Shown piece after piece: positions 9,651 to 19,909 of a DNA stretch of 64,000 nt; position 1 is the first letter of the stretch, and each line of letters opens with the position of its first letter. Under the pieces are notes generated by a model that saw nothing but the letters and a program-made list of their open reading frames with translations, had not been told where the DNA came from and did no database searches. The position numbers were made by a program, and so were the translations under genes. Source of the stretch: Rhodothermales bacterium (GTDB lineage: Bacteria; Bacteroidota; Rhodothermia; Rhodothermales; VXPQ01); assembly GCA_965116435.1 (NCBI GenBank), contig OZ220686.1, positions 1,082,844 through 1,146,843 of the forward strand, read 5' to 3'.

Positions 9651-9845
9651 AACGCACCTGCTTCCGCGGCGTCGGCAAACGCCCTGCAACCCGCTCGTTT
9701 TCACGGCGGCAAACGCCATGCAACGTGCTCGTTTCCGAGGCGGAAAGCAACCTGCAACGTGCTCGTTTCCACGGCGGCCAGCGCCCTGCAACGTGCTCGT
9801 TTTCGCATCGGCCAGCCCCATACAACGTACCCGGCCTCTGGACCG
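9651..9845. repeat. 34-bp tandem repeat, ~5-6 units, no spacers
   Basis: TGCAACGTGCTCGTTTCC-containing units start at 9685, 9719, 9753, 9787 and 9821 (exact 34-bp period). Units degenerate at both ends. Confidence 0.85.
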
Positions 9846-9955
9846 GTGCGCTCCGGGGTCGCCGTGCTGCGCCGGGCCGCCGTCAACCGCCAAGCTTGGC
9901 AATTCAAGCGGAATATCCTGAGCATACTCGCATGCCGTGCCGCGCTGCGTCGCCG

Positions 9956-11311
9956 TCAACCGCCAAACAGGTGCTCTTGCACAAACGCGTTGCGGAATTT
10001 GCCGGCGGGATCGTATTCCTGGAGCAACTCCCGAAAAGCGGCCGCCTTCGGATACCGCGCCTGCAATGCGTCCGGCGCGATCGTAAACAATTTGCCCCAG
10101 TGCGGACGCGCCTCGAAGGGTGCGAGCGCGTCTTCGATAACGGGAAGGAGTTCCTGGAGGGCGTCCCAATCCTGCTCCCAGGTGCAATGAAACGCCACGC
10201 TGGGCCGATCGAAGCACATGCTCATCCACAAGTCGTCGGGAGCGACGGCGCGTACCTCGGAAATCATGAGGAGCGACCCGAACCGTTCCCCCATCCCCTG
10301 AAATAGCCGCGCCACCTCCCGCGCATGCTCCATGGGCACGAAGTATTCGCTTTGCAATTCCTTGCCGCTGCTGGGGGTGAAATCCATCCGAAAATGCGGC
10401 AGGCGCTCATACCAGGGGCCGGATACGCCCATCTGTTCCGTGCAATTCACCGCCGAGAGCGCTATAATCGGGTGCACGTTCCGGGTCGCCAGGCTGGCGC
10501 CGAAAAACGTCGGCTCCGCCTCGAACGCGTCGTCGCCCGCGATGCGCTTGATCCAGACCTGGTTCACGGTGTCCGTTCGCCAGTCCGTAAACAGGCTGAC
10601 GCTGTAGCCGCTCGCCATGATTTCGTCGAAATGCTCGTCCAGCGAGGCCACCGGGAGGTCCAGATACACATGCTGAACCATGTCGAAGGCGGGCACGATA
10701 TCCAGCGTAACCTCCGTAACCGCCCCGAGTCCGCCCAACCCCACCACGGCCCCGGCGAAACGCTCGCCATCCGCTTCGCGGGACAGGGAAATCAGGTCGC
10801 CGCCCGCATCGATGAACGTGATGCCTGCCACCGCCGTAGCCAGATTGCCGTTCGCTACGCCGGAACCGTGGGTGGCCGTAGCGCACGCACCCGCCACGGA
10901 AATATGCGGCAACGAAGCAAGGTTGTGCACGGCGTAGCCCCGTTCGTGCAGATAGGGCGCCAGGTCCCCGTAGCGCATCCCGGCCCCCACCGTGACCCGG
11001 CGGGCCTCCTCGTCGAGATGCACGATCTGATTGAAATGCTCAAGGGATATCTGGGCGTCCGCGCTATCCGCAATGGCGTTAAAGCAATGGCGAGAACCGA
11101 GCGGCCGGAGTTTGGACGCATTGCGCACGATGTCCTGCGCTTCGGCCACCGTGCGCGGCGCATGCAGGCGGTCCGTGGAATACGTAAGATTGCCCGCCCA
11201 GTTCGTCCGGGGGACCGGCGCGGCGTCCTCGGGCCTGCAGGAAGCCAGCGGGGACAGGATGCTGCCCGCCATCAGGGCGGAACAGGTTTTCAGGAACGTT
11301 CTCTTGTCCAT
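9956..11311 (-). CDS. FAD-linked oxidase of the sugar-1,4-lactone / alditol oxidase family, Tat-type signal
   Basis: MDKRTFLKTCSALMAGSILSPLASC is a signal peptide. TNWAGNLTY is present. The FAD-binding PCMH-like region reads RPLGSRHCFN..HISVAGACATATHGSG. The C-terminal ALO-like region reads PHWGKLF. Confidence 0.75.
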   Translation of the reverse strand: MDKRTFLKTCSALMAGSILSPLASCRPEDAAPVPRTNWAGNLTYSTDRLHAPRTVAEAQDIVRNASKLRPLGSRHCFNAIADSADAQISLEHFNQIVHLDEEARRVTVGAGMRYGDLAPYLHERGYAVHNLASLPHISVAGACATATHGSGVANGNLATAVAGITFIDAGGDLISLSREADGERFAGAVVGLGGLGAVTEVTLDIVPAFDMVQHVYLDLPVASLDEHFDEIMASGYSVSLFTDWRTDTVNQVWIKRIAGDDAFEAEPTFFGASLATRNVHPIIALSAVNCTEQMGVSGPWYERLPHFRMDFTPSSGKELQSEYFVPMEHAREVARLFQGMGERFGSLLMISEVRAVAPDDLWMSMCFDRPSVAFHCTWEQDWDALQELLPVIEDALAPFEARPHWGKLFTIAPDALQARYPKAAAFRELLQEYDPAGKFRNAFVQEHLFGG

Positions 11312-11406
11312 ACGTTATGTGGTGCTGGCGGAAGGTTGTTGGCGAAAGGTTGCTGGCGCGCCCAAATCCCGAAAATACGGGATTGATCGGGAAATATGGA
11401 AGTATA

Positions 11407-11659
11407 GGATGCTTTGATTAAATCCGCAAAGATCAGAGGCAGCGAGGTGTGCGCTGGCAAGGAATGACGAAGCAGCGTGGTAGGCCCCACGTAATGAGGA
11501 ATGACGCCGCCAGCGCGTTCCCCGATGCCTCCCGAAGGGCGCTTCACGACCCCGACGGTGCAAAACGCCGTGTTTTCCGATGATTTTAACGATGGAATCA
11601 TTGCAAACGGTACTTGCGTACGTGAAGCGCTGATCGAAGTGGATTTGGTCAGAGCATCC
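11407..11659 (-). mobile_element. MITE-like element, full copy 2 (inverted orientation)
   Basis: Reverse complement aligns end to end with copy 1. Flanked by TATA (11403-11406) and TATA (11660-11663), an apparent 4-bp target-site duplication. Confidence 0.85.
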
Positions 11660-11742
11660 TATAATCTTGTAGTATACTGCATTCGCCGTTATGCTGTTAC
11701 GGCGTATCCGTACTCCTTCGCGCAAATACGCTCTATTATATT

Positions 11743-12504
11743 ATGTCGTTCGACCGGAAAATCGTTGTCGTCACCGGGGCGGCCCGGGGCATCGGGGCCG
11801 CCGCCGCAGAACTGTTTCTTGAAAAAGGGGCTCGCGTGGCCTGTCTGGACGTGACGCCTGCCGCCGAAGCGCCTACGGAAAACGGCTTCTGCGTCCAGTG
11901 CGACGTGTCGCAGGCGGATCAGGTGGAACACGCCTTCCGGCAGGTGCTCGACCGGTTCGGGCGCATTGACGTTCTGGTCAACAATGCGGCGGTCCAGACG
12001 TACGGCACAGTGGAGGAAACGACCGAGGAAACATGGGATCGGGTGCTGGCCGTCAATGTAAAAGGGGCCTTCCTGTGCGCAAAGCAGGCGCTGCCGGGGA
12101 TGACTGCGCAGCGCGACGGGGCGATCGTGAATGTGTCGAGCGTACAGGCCCTGATGAGCGAAGAGCATGTGGCCGCGTACGCCACCAGCAAGGCCGCCAT
12201 GCTGGGCCTGACCCGCAGCATCGCCGTGGATTATGCGCCGTACAATGTCCGCTCCTCTGCCGTGTGCCCGGGCAGCGTGGACACGCCGCTTCTGCAATGG
12301 GCGGCGGACCAATCCAACGACCCGGAAGCCATGATGGACGAAATCCGGGGCATGCACCTCCTGAATCGCATAGCCGACCCAAGCGAAATAGCCCACCTGA
12401 TCGCCTACCTGGCAAGCGACGAGGCCAGCTTCATCACCGGCCAAGCCTTCCGCATCGACGGCGGCCTGGGGGTGAAGGTGGGCGGGGCTTTTCGGGGGAG
12501 GTAG
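11743..12504 (+). CDS. Short-chain dehydrogenase/reductase (SDR)
   Basis: TGAARGIGAA Rossmann motif, NNAAV, and the catalytic YATSKAAMLGLTR (YxxxK). Confidence 0.9.
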   Translation: MSFDRKIVVVTGAARGIGAAAAELFLEKGARVACLDVTPAAEAPTENGFCVQCDVSQADQVEHAFRQVLDRFGRIDVLVNNAAVQTYGTVEETTEETWDRVLAVNVKGAFLCAKQALPGMTAQRDGAIVNVSSVQALMSEEHVAAYATSKAAMLGLTRSIAVDYAPYNVRSSAVCPGSVDTPLLQWAADQSNDPEAMMDEIRGMHLLNRIADPSEIAHLIAYLASDEASFITGQAFRIDGGLGVKVGGAFRGR

Positions 12505-12664
12505 GGGGTGAGGTGAGAAGACATTCGGGCAAGCGCTGGCAACGCCATCGAGCAACTTCGGGGATTAGCGTGATGACAGATACGTTCATAGATACGTTTC
12601 AGGAATTGACAGACAGGATGCATAAGAAACCATCCCGATTTCTTGAGGAAATGGGTTTGCTTAC

Positions 12665-13915
12665 TTGCCGAACCGAATGCGCATAGGACCCATTGCACTG
12701 CTTGCGCTATGCCTTGCAGGATGCAACCCGCTCGACGACTTTGAGGCGGGGCCGCTCGGGGCCGTCGAAATCGACGAGAACGAACCGGTGCGGATTCGTT
12801 TGTTGCTCCCGATGACTGGCGCTGCATCTTCCCATGGCGCATCGCTGGCGCAGGCCGCAGAACTGGCCATTCGGGATTTCGGGAATCTGTACGGTCGCCC
12901 GATCGCCCCTGGAGAACTTGTGGACGCCATGTGCTCCCCCGAGGGCGGGCAGGCGGGCGCCGAACGGATCGTCGCAGAACCGAACGTAGCAGGGGTGCTC
13001 GGCACAGCCTGCTCTGCCTCCGCCGTTACGGCCTCGCCCGTGATCGGCAAAGCGGGGTTCATGATGATTTCGCCAGCCAATGCATCCCCCTTGCTTACTT
13101 CCGATCTCGAAGGCAATGCGGGAACCCATTATTATCCCGGATATTTTCGCGTCGTCACCAACGACCTGTATCGGGGACGGGCTGTCGCCAACTTTGCCTG
13201 GAGCAAACTGGGGCTGCGACGCATGGGGGCCGTGCACGACGGCGACCCGTACACCACAGCCCTTGTAAGCGCCTTCGGCAACGCGTTTCGGTCGCTCGGC
13301 GGAGAAGTTACGACCGCCGCAATCGCAAAAGGCGATACGGACATGGCCGAGGTGCTTGCAGCATTCGCGACCGCCGGAGCGGAGGGCCTCTTTTTGCCGC
13401 TGTTTCTTGCGGAAGGGGCGATTTTCGTCGAACAAGCGAGGCAATTTGACGGGCTGGAGGGCACGGCGCTCATCACGGGATCGGCCATGCTGGTACCCGA
13501 ATTTCTCGGCGCCCCACACTCGGAAGGAATGTATTTTGCGGGACCGGCGCTGGAACACGGCCCCGAGGCCAACGAGATCACCGGGAAAAACGCCGCTGAG
13601 GCGCTCGCCGCATTCAAGGAGGCATACGGCGGCGCACCGGCCTCCCCGTATTGGGCGCACGCCTACGACGCCGCCACGCTCCTGCTCGCCGCCATCGAGT
13701 CCGTTGCGGTGGAAAAAGGCGATAAATTATATGTGGACCGCCTCGCATTGCGCCAGGAGGTCGCAGCAACCGCTGGCTTTCAGGGCATCGTCGGCGTGCT
13801 TTCCTGCGATGATTTCGGGGATTGCGGCCCCGGACGCATCCATATCTACCGCCAGACGGATCCGAACGTGACGGACGCCGCGGAGTTGACGGTGGTGTAT
13901 GAGTTTATGTTGTGA
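12665..13915 (+). CDS. Periplasmic solute-binding lipoprotein, branched-chain amino acid (Liv/Peripla_BP_6-like) type
   Basis: Lipobox LLALCLAGCNP. The overall pattern matches LivJ/K-type binding proteins (VLGTACSASAV, YPGYFRVV, AVHDGDPYT). Confidence 0.7.
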   Translation: MPNRMRIGPIALLALCLAGCNPLDDFEAGPLGAVEIDENEPVRIRLLLPMTGAASSHGASLAQAAELAIRDFGNLYGRPIAPGELVDAMCSPEGGQAGAERIVAEPNVAGVLGTACSASAVTASPVIGKAGFMMISPANASPLLTSDLEGNAGTHYYPGYFRVVTNDLYRGRAVANFAWSKLGLRRMGAVHDGDPYTTALVSAFGNAFRSLGGEVTTAAIAKGDTDMAEVLAAFATAGAEGLFLPLFLAEGAIFVEQARQFDGLEGTALITGSAMLVPEFLGAPHSEGMYFAGPALEHGPEANEITGKNAAEALAAFKEAYGGAPASPYWAHAYDAATLLLAAIESVAVEKGDKLYVDRLALRQEVAATAGFQGIVGVLSCDDFGDCGPGRIHIYRQTDPNVTDAAELTVVYEFML

Positions 13916-14071
13916 GATGGCGAAGGAACACAGCTATATGCACAGAGCCTGCAACAGGACAACCAGAGAGGACACAGCCCTATGGACGTTATGCCCGCGG
14001 CGTTACAACATTTCTTGCCATTGCCCGTCTGGCGATAAGGTGAACTGCTACTCAACATAGAGGCTGTCCGA

Positions 14072-14494
14072 TCATGCGCCCGCCCAGGGATCAATAATAT
14101 CAATCCCCATGTCGTCGAAATCCCGAATGTTTCTGGTCGCCACGGCCATACCTCGCGAATGGGCAATGGCTGCAATTTGGGCGTCTGCCTGCGAAACAGA
14201 TCGGCCGAGAGCACGACGGGTAGCTGCGATCTCCGCATAGGCGCAAGCCGCATCGCGGTCAAACGGGAGCACCCGACCTTCAAAATCTTTGCGCAGCATT
14301 GCTTCAATCGCCGAAACAAATTCGTCCCGACGACGACCTGCCGGCATAATTGCAACGCCATAGCGAAGCTCTGCCTCACCCACTGCGGAGAAGAACAAAC
14401 CAGCCGCTGCCCGTCTCGCAATCCACGCCTCTACGGCAGGATGCGGGGACGGGCGCATCAACTCGGAAAGCACATTGGTATCGAGCAGAATCAT
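14072..14494 (-). CDS. vapC: PIN-domain toxin, VapC family
   Basis: The internal Met at 14494 gives MILLDTNVLSEL... (the PIN acidic residue pattern D..E..D). It lies 8 bp downstream of a small RHH antitoxin gene. Confidence 0.85.
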   Translation of the reverse strand: MILLDTNVLSELMRPSPHPAVEAWIARRAAAGLFFSAVGEAELRYGVAIMPAGRRRDEFVSAIEAMLRKDFEGRVLPFDRDAACAYAEIAATRRALGRSVSQADAQIAAIAHSRGMAVATRNIRDFDDMGIDIIDPWAGA

Positions 14495-14501
14495 GGACGC
14501 C

Positions 14502-14744
14502 TCAACCAAAGCGTGGCGGTTCACGCAAAGGTTCACGCAAAGGCAATTCCAACTCCACGCCGCCAAAAGGCGCAAAGCGGGCGCGAATAGCGCTTGCCAG
14601 ATTTAGCGGAGCTTCCTTGCGATCAACCGCCTCTCGCAGGATCATGCGCGCTTCTTCTTCCATTGAGCGACCATGTCCGGCCGCCCGCATGCGAAGACGC
14701 GTTTTTACATCGTCGTCGAGATTACGAATCGTAATGCTTGCCAT
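14502..14744 (-). CDS. vapB: Antitoxin, VapB/FitA-like ribbon-helix-helix (plasmid-stability type)
   Basis: MASITIRNLDDDVKTRLRMRAAGHGRSMEEEARMILREAV is the classic Arc/MetJ-type antitoxin N-terminus. It sits upstream of vapC. Confidence 0.8.
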   Translation of the reverse strand: MASITIRNLDDDVKTRLRMRAAGHGRSMEEEARMILREAVDRKEAPLNLASAIRARFAPFGGVELELPLREPLREPPRFG

Positions 14745-14866
14745 ACCAACGCTTTTTTCGTTTTGTTCGAATACGAATATACAAATTGATTGCATTGCAA
14801 TCAATCTTTCGGGAAAATATCTGTTCTGAGAGGTGGTGCGGGTTCGTCAGACAGCGTTTCCGGGAT

Positions 14867-14992
14867 TTAAGGTGCAGGGTTGCAAACTTGTTCCGATCCA
14901 TTAGATCCAAGGATGTTATGCCTCGACGCACCCGCAGAATCCGGTAGCACATCCAGCAACAGACGAACCTGTGCAACATAGCGTTCAAGCAT
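14867..14992 (-). pseudogene. Possible 41-codon remnant of an AbiEii-type nucleotidyltransferase toxin gene
   Basis: Its ATG overlaps the abiEi stop (ATGCTTGA), as in intact abiEi-abiEii operons. The peptide MLERYVAQVRLLLDVLP... stops after 41 codons, where a toxin of about 250-300 aa would be expected. Confidence 0.3.
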
Positions 14993-15830
14993 TGCTCTCT
15001 GGGGATGCAGGTTTTGCGGACACGAGAAATTGCGGCACGGAAATACGATAGATTGGGTGGAACTTGCCGCAGTCGACAAGGGCCCGCGGACCGGAACCGA
15101 AGTCGATCCGAGCAGCGTCCAGATATTTTCTCCAACGGTGTTCGTGCCGGTCAGCAAAGACGAAGAACAGTCTGCGCACCTTCACGCTGCGACAAACGGT
15201 CAGCAGCTCCATGAGCAAATTTGGCCGTAACGAAACCAGCCCTTCGAATATACGGTCGATATGTTCAAAGCTGGCCTTGCCAGGTAGTTCGTTGAGCGCC
15301 TCAAGAATCGCGCGTTCTGGAGACGAGGCTCTGACGGGCCAGCGCCATACATCTACCGCCCACCCGTCCAAGTTGGCCTCGAAGTCGGTATCGACGACGC
15401 CGACCGGGTCGCCGCCGAACAGCATCTCCTGTCGAACCACGATCCGTTCCTGCGCAGGCAAACGCGCCAGCCAGGACGGCGTATCGCCGTAAAGATAGAC
15501 GCGCGAACTTTCCCCGAGGGGCAAATAATGAACATGACCCGCAAGATTGAGCGCACTCTCGCCGCCCAAATAGACATTGTACCCCATGAGGCGTTGCAAC
15601 GAGAGTAGAGCGACTTCCCAAGACTTCCCTGTCGCCTGGACGCTCTGTGGCAACGGACGCCGGTAGACTCCGCGAATCACCCGCTCAAGCCATCCGCGAG
15701 CAACGTAGTCGTGAATGGACTTGGGATCAATATCGCGCCCCCTGAGCCATCGCGCATCGACCATGAAGCCCGGCGGAACCGTGTCCAGGAGTGGTTTTAA
15801 TTTTGGTGTTTTTACATGGTTCATAACCAT
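14985..15830 (-). CDS. AbiEi-family type IV antitoxin / transcriptional regulator
   Basis: 281 aa. The N-terminal region ..FMVDARWLRGRDIDPKSIHDYVARGWLERVIRGVYR resembles the AbiEi N-terminal wHTH. GC is lower than in the flanks. Confidence 0.6.
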   Translation of the reverse strand: MVMNHVKTPKLKPLLDTVPPGFMVDARWLRGRDIDPKSIHDYVARGWLERVIRGVYRRPLPQSVQATGKSWEVALLSLQRLMGYNVYLGGESALNLAGHVHYLPLGESSRVYLYGDTPSWLARLPAQERIVVRQEMLFGGDPVGVVDTDFEANLDGWAVDVWRWPVRASSPERAILEALNELPGKASFEHIDRIFEGLVSLRPNLLMELLTVCRSVKVRRLFFVFADRHEHRWRKYLDAARIDFGSGPRALVDCGKFHPIYRISVPQFLVSAKPASPESNA

Positions 15831-15924
15831 GTAAATAACGAATTATCGAAATAATAGCAATTTTTTCACCCTAAACATACGAGGAATATACCCTAATCCG
15901 CCTCCATGGCGGCGGACGATCCCC

Positions 15925-17715
15925 CTACTCCCGCTTCCCCAGCGTCACGTTCAGCGTTACTCGTTCTCCGTCGCGGTCTACGACGATCTGGACCGTGTCC
16001 CCGGGAGCCTGGTCGCGCAGGGCATAGGTGTAGGCGTAAATGTCGGCGATGGGTTTTCCGGCGAACTCCACTACGATGTCCCCGCCCCGAAGGCCGCCCT
16101 CTTCCGCAGGGCTTCCTGCGCGCACGCCCGTAAGCCGCACCCCGGCGTCGCGCGGGGTCATATCGGGAATGGACCCCAGATACGCTGCGCCATATCCGCT
16201 GCCCGAGGAGGCGCTTCCGCCGCCCGAAGATGGCCGCGCCTGCGCCACAGCCGTCAGCCGGGTCGCCTCCGAACCCGCAAGACGGCGAACGACCCCCGTA
16301 GCGAGTTCAACCGTCAGGTCGATCCCCGCCCCGTTCACCTTCTCCCAATCGTCCGAAGGGCGGTGATAATCCTCGTGGGTATTCGTAAAAAAATGCAGTA
16401 CGGGGATGCCTTCCGCATAGAAGGAGGAATGATCGGAGGGACCGTACCCGTCCGCCACGCGCGCCAGCGCAAGCGGCGCGGACATATCCGCATGGGCGGC
16501 GTCCAGCACATCGCCCCATTCCTCGGCGGTGCCGGTCCCGAAAATCGTCAGGCTGCGGTCCTGCATCCGCCCCACCATGTCAAAATTGAGCATGGCTGTC
16601 GCCTCGTCCAGCGGCACGGTCGGCTCCGCCACGAACCGCGCCGAGCCCCATAATCCTTTTTCCTCGCCGGTAAACGCCAGAAACAGGACGCCCCGGGCCA
16701 GCGGCGGTCCCTCGGCCAGGCGGCGGGCGATTTCTATGGTCGCGGCCACGCCGCTGGCGTTGTCGTCGGCCCCGTTGTGCACCGTGCGGGCGTCGGGCGC
16801 CAGCGAACCGTCGCCCCCGAAACCAAGGTGGTCGTAGTGCGCGCCTACGATAACATATTCCCGGGCATGATCTGGATCGGCGCCGGGCAGCAAGGCCGCC
16901 ACGTTACGCGCCTCCGCTATTTCCGGGGCAATGTCTACCGCCAGGTCCGCGGCATGTCCTTCCTGCGCGGCCTTGCGCACTGCCTCGGCGGCCTCCCCCG
17001 CAATCATAAGCACAGGGATGGACAAGGCGGCCCGCGTTTCGTCGGAAGAATCGGGCAGGCGCATGCCCTCCGGCGCCAGCGCCAGCAAGGCCGCCGCGCC
17101 GCGCCCGAACGCCTCCATCGCCTTGAAATGCGAATCGCCCCGCAGCGACATGCCGTGCGGCGCATCTGGATCGCCCCATTCCACCACCACAATCTTGTCG
17201 GAAATATCCATGCGGGCATAGACGTCCCCGGCCTCTTCCGCCTCGCCATGCGCTCCGGAATCTCCACGCAGGCCGTGCCCCCCGTACGCCAACGCGCCCT
17301 CTGCAAGACCGCTTGCCGAAAAACCAAGGGGAACCCACTCCGGGCCGATCTGGTATGCTCGCCCCGCTATGCGCAAGGCATTGCCGGCGCCGAGCCGGAC
17401 GCCTTTCCGCACGGAAAAGGGATGGAAAAAGCGCTGGTTCGATCCGGCGGGCACAAGTCCGAGACGGCGAAACGCCCCGGCGATATATTCCCCGGCGCAC
17501 CAGGCGCCCTGCGAGCCGGTTTCGCGGCCTTCGAGTCGGTCGTCCGCCAGATAGCGAACATGCCGCATCGCTTCCGTCGAGGGGGCGGGCAGATCGCGAG
17601 TCAGTTCCTCGACGACGGGACAGGATGGCTGGGCGAACGCCGGATGGCCGATTGTCCCTGCGAAAACCACCGTGCAACACGCCGCAAGCAGGAACGCATA
17701 GCGGGAAAAAATCAT
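15925..17715 (-). CDS. M28-family aminopeptidase with C-terminal PDZ domain
   Basis: Start chosen at [20 protein letters not shown] (17715) to avoid overlapping the divergent gene. M28 motifs are present: [44 protein letters not shown]. The PDZ-like tail reads [32 protein letters not shown]. Confidence 0.85.
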   Translation of the reverse strand: MIFSRYAFLLAACCTVVFAGTIGHPAFAQPSCPVVEELTRDLPAPSTEAMRHVRYLADDRLEGRETGSQGAWCAGEYIAGAFRRLGLVPAGSNQRFFHPFSVRKGVRLGAGNALRIAGRAYQIGPEWVPLGFSASGLAEGALAYGGHGLRGDSGAHGEAEEAGDVYARMDISDKIVVVEWGDPDAPHGMSLRGDSHFKAMEAFGRGAAALLALAPEGMRLPDSSDETRAALSIPVLMIAGEAAEAVRKAAQEGHAADLAVDIAPEIAEARNVAALLPGADPDHAREYVIVGAHYDHLGFGGDGSLAPDARTVHNGADDNASGVAATIEIARRLAEGPPLARGVLFLAFTGEEKGLWGSARFVAEPTVPLDEATAMLNFDMVGRMQDRSLTIFGTGTAEEWGDVLDAAHADMSAPLALARVADGYGPSDHSSFYAEGIPVLHFFTNTHEDYHRPSDDWEKVNGAGIDLTVELATGVVRRLAGSEATRLTAVAQARPSSGGGSASSGSGYGAAYLGSIPDMTPRDAGVRLTGVRAGSPAEEGGLRGGDIVVEFAGKPIADIYAYTYALRDQAPGDTVQIVVDRDGERVTLNVTLGKRE

Positions 17716-17740
17716 AACGAATCTCAATGGAAACGGAAAC

Positions 17741-18871
17741 ATGACGTTCTGGCGCCATCGTACGCGGATACCCGCTCCCCTGTTCGCCGTCGCCGTATTT
17801 GCGGGCGCGGGATGGCTCTTTGCCGCCTGCGGTGCGAACAACGAACAACCCGCCGCCGGAGAAAACGGCGGGCAGCCCGCGCTCCGGGCAAGCGATCTCG
17901 CCCAACCCGGGGAAACGCGCCTGCGCAACCTCCGCCAATTGACGTTCGGCGGGGAGAATGCCGAAGCGTACTGGGCCTTCGACGGATCGGCGCTCATCTA
18001 CCAGGCTCGCAAGCCGGGCATGGAATGCGACCAGATTTATATCATGGACGATCTGGAAACGGCCGCGTCCCGCATGGTCAGCACGGGCGACGGGCGCACC
18101 ACCTGCTCCTATTTTTATCCGTCGGGAAACCGGATGCTCTATTCGTCCACGCATCTTGCCACCCAGGATTGCCCTCCGGCCCCGGACTTCTCCCAGGGCT
18201 ATGTCTGGCCCATCTACCCGAGCTACGACATCTTCGCCGCGGATGCGGACGGCGCCAACCTGCAACGGCTCACCGAAACCGACGGCTACGACGCGGAGGC
18301 CACTTTTTCGCCCGTCGGAGACCGGATCGTGTTCACGAGCATGCGCGACGGCGACCTGGAACTGTATTCGATGGCCCCGGACGGCTCCGACGTACGGCGA
18401 CTGACGAACCGCATCGGATACGACGGCGGCGCATTCTATTCCCCGGACGGCTCCCGAATCGTCTGGCGAGCGCATTACCCCGAGCCGGGGCCGGAACAGG
18501 ACGACTACCTCCGCCTCCTCGACCAGGGCCTCTTGCGTCCCGGCGATCTGGAGATTTACGTGATGGATGCGGACGGCTCGAACATGCGCCAGGTGACGCA
18601 CCTCGGCGGAGCCAACTTCGCCCCTTACTGGCATCCGGACGGAGAACGCATCCTGTTCAGTTCCAATCACGAGGACCCGAACGGACGGGAGTTCGAAATC
18701 TACATGATCGGCATAGACGGAACCGGCCTGACGCGCATCACGCACTCCGAAGCATTCGACGGATTTCCCGTATTCAGCCCGGACGGGCGCTACCTCGTGT
18801 TCGGATCGAACCGCAACAACGCGGGCACGAACGATACGAACCTCTTCCTGGCGGAATGGGTGGAGGAATGA
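17741..18871 (+). CDS. TolB-like PD40/WD40 beta-propeller lipoprotein
   Basis: Signal [20 protein letters not shown]40 repeats recur: [59 protein letters not shown]. Confidence 0.85.
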   Translation: MTFWRHRTRIPAPLFAVAVFAGAGWLFAACGANNEQPAAGENGGQPALRASDLAQPGETRLRNLRQLTFGGENAEAYWAFDGSALIYQARKPGMECDQIYIMDDLETAASRMVSTGDGRTTCSYFYPSGNRMLYSSTHLATQDCPPAPDFSQGYVWPIYPSYDIFAADADGANLQRLTETDGYDAEATFSPVGDRIVFTSMRDGDLELYSMAPDGSDVRRLTNRIGYDGGAFYSPDGSRIVWRAHYPEPGPEQDDYLRLLDQGLLRPGDLEIYVMDADGSNMRQVTHLGGANFAPYWHPDGERILFSSNHEDPNGREFEIYMIGIDGTGLTRITHSEAFDGFPVFSPDGRYLVFGSNRNNAGTNDTNLFLAEWVEE

Positions 18872-18951
18872 GTGTCGGGGGTTAGGGGGTGTGGCGTATG
18901 TGCGGTATCGCGGTGCGTGCTGCCACCTGCGTTACCGCCCGCCTTCTGCGG

Positions 18952-19035
18952 TGCCCAAGAGAGGACTCGAACCTCCACGCCCTAACGGGCACATGACCCT
19001 GAATCATGCGCGTCTACCAATTCCGCCACTTGGGC
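18952..19035 (-). tRNA. tRNA-Leu (anticodon CAG)
   Basis: The reverse complement GCCCAAGTGGCGGAATTGGTAGACGCGCATGATTCAGGGTCATGTGCCCGTTAGGGCGTGGAGGTTCGAGTCCTCTCTTGGGCA folds as a class II tRNA. It has a 7-bp acceptor stem, the anticodon loop TTCAGGG, a long variable arm and a GTTCGAGTC T-loop. Confidence 0.9.
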
Positions 19036-19295
19036 CCGGTGCGCACTGGTTGCCTGCCTTGTGTTGCTTGTCCTGCGCCGCTTGCCTTGTTCTCCGCCAT
19101 GCACCCAGTGTCCGGCGGGCTATCAATGCCTTTGGGGCGAAGAAGGTTCCGTGCAAACAGCCCCTCCAGACTACTATTTCCTGTATGTGTCGAATGCATG
19201 GGCGCAGATTCTTGTGGAACCAGCGCCTTGCCCCGGAGTTATTACAGAATAGGCTGTTTTTTCGGAGTGCGGGCACATGCCTGGCGCCCCTACCC

Positions 19296-19370
19296 TCCTC
19301 GGTAGCTCAATGGTAGAGCATGCGGCTGTTAACCGCAGGGTTGTAGGTTCGAGTCCTACCCGGGGAGCCA
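19296..19370 (+). tRNA. tRNA-Asn (anticodon GTT), CCA encoded
   Basis: In TCCTCGGTAGCTCAATGGTAGAGCATGCGGCTGTTAACCGCAGGGTTGTAGGTTCGAGTCCTACCCGGGGAGCCA the acceptor TCCTCGG pairs with CCGGGGA. The anticodon loop is CTGTTAA and the T-loop is GGTTCGAGTCC. The island begins immediately 3' of it. Confidence 0.92.
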
Positions 19371-19396
19371 ACATTCTGTCGGCTCAATGGAGAAGA

Positions 19397-19867
19397 GTGG
19401 TGGCGGTACCACTTGCAGACCAGATCATACGGAAGGTCAAGCAAGCGGCTGAACTCTATCACCGGCTGCTTTTGGTCGTCGCGCCGGCGGGTGCGGGAAA
19501 GACGACTGCGCTTCATGATGTACAGGATCGCACCGGTGCGCCCCTCGTCAACGTCAACCTGGAGCTATCCCGCCTGATGCTGGAATTGACAGAGCGTCAA
19601 AGGGCGCTACAGTTGCCTCATCTTCTCAGGGCGATCGTCGGCAATGGGGGCGGAGAGATGATTCTGCTCGACAATATTGAAATCCTCTTCGATTCCAGTC
19701 TGAAGCAAGACCCGCTTCGGCTACTCCAGGGACTCTCCCGCAACAAAACCGTCGTGGCTGCATGGAACGGCGCCATCGTTGAAGATTCTTTGACCTATGC
19801 CGCTCCAGGTCACCCGGAATACAAGCGCTATCCGATGCGCGATTTTCTGGTGGCAAGCCCGGAGTGA
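19397..19867 (+). CDS. brxF: Small P-loop ATPase, BrxF-like (BREX type 3 marker)
   Basis: The listed ORF 19277-19867 starts inside the tRNA, so GTG at 19397 (or 19400) is the likely start. Walker A is LLLVVAPAGAGKTT. A Walker B-like motif is EMILLDNIEILF. The tail reads PLRLLQGLSRNKTVVAAWNG..LTYAAPGHPEY. Size (~156 aa) and position directly upstream of brxC fit BrxF. Confidence 0.65.
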   Translation: MVAVPLADQIIRKVKQAAELYHRLLLVVAPAGAGKTTALHDVQDRTGAPLVNVNLELSRLMLELTERQRALQLPHLLRAIVGNGGGEMILLDNIEILFDSSLKQDPLRLLQGLSRNKTVVAAWNGAIVEDSLTYAAPGHPEYKRYPMRDFLVASPE

Positions 19868-19909
19868 CGATATGAAAATTACAAATTCCATTGCAAGGAA
19901 GCAGCCACA

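Noticed and set aside
9651-9845. Possible CRISPR array (also considered for 39797-39983)
   Set aside because: The repeat units are directly contiguous with no unique spacers. The units drift in sequence. No cas genes are in the window. These are tandem repeats, not CRISPR.
11290-11601. Recurrent small ORFs with near-identical peptides (..VIPHYVGPxTLLRHSLPAHxSLPLIFADLI..) at 9.3, 11.4, 36.5, 40.5, 45.3 and 57.4 kb, considered as a paralogous protein family
   Set aside because: They lie entirely within MITE copies and occur in either orientation relative to neighbouring genes. Their frame is broken differently in each copy. The conservation is at the DNA level.
12573-12686. 37-codon ORF (MTDTFIDTFQELTDRMHKKPSRFLEEMGLLTCRTECA) in the lower-GC SDR/solute-binding-protein spacer
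   Set aside because: It overlaps the start of the solute-binding lipoprotein gene. It has no recognisable motif and nothing to compare it with. It is more likely promoter-region sequence.
16777-18885. 702-aa plus-strand ORF and 613-aa minus-strand ORF (16904-18745) spanning two real genes
   Set aside because: Both cross the boundary between the M28 peptidase (minus) and the TolB-like gene (plus). Both translate to Arg-rich low-complexity sequence. The alternative frames give recognisable families.
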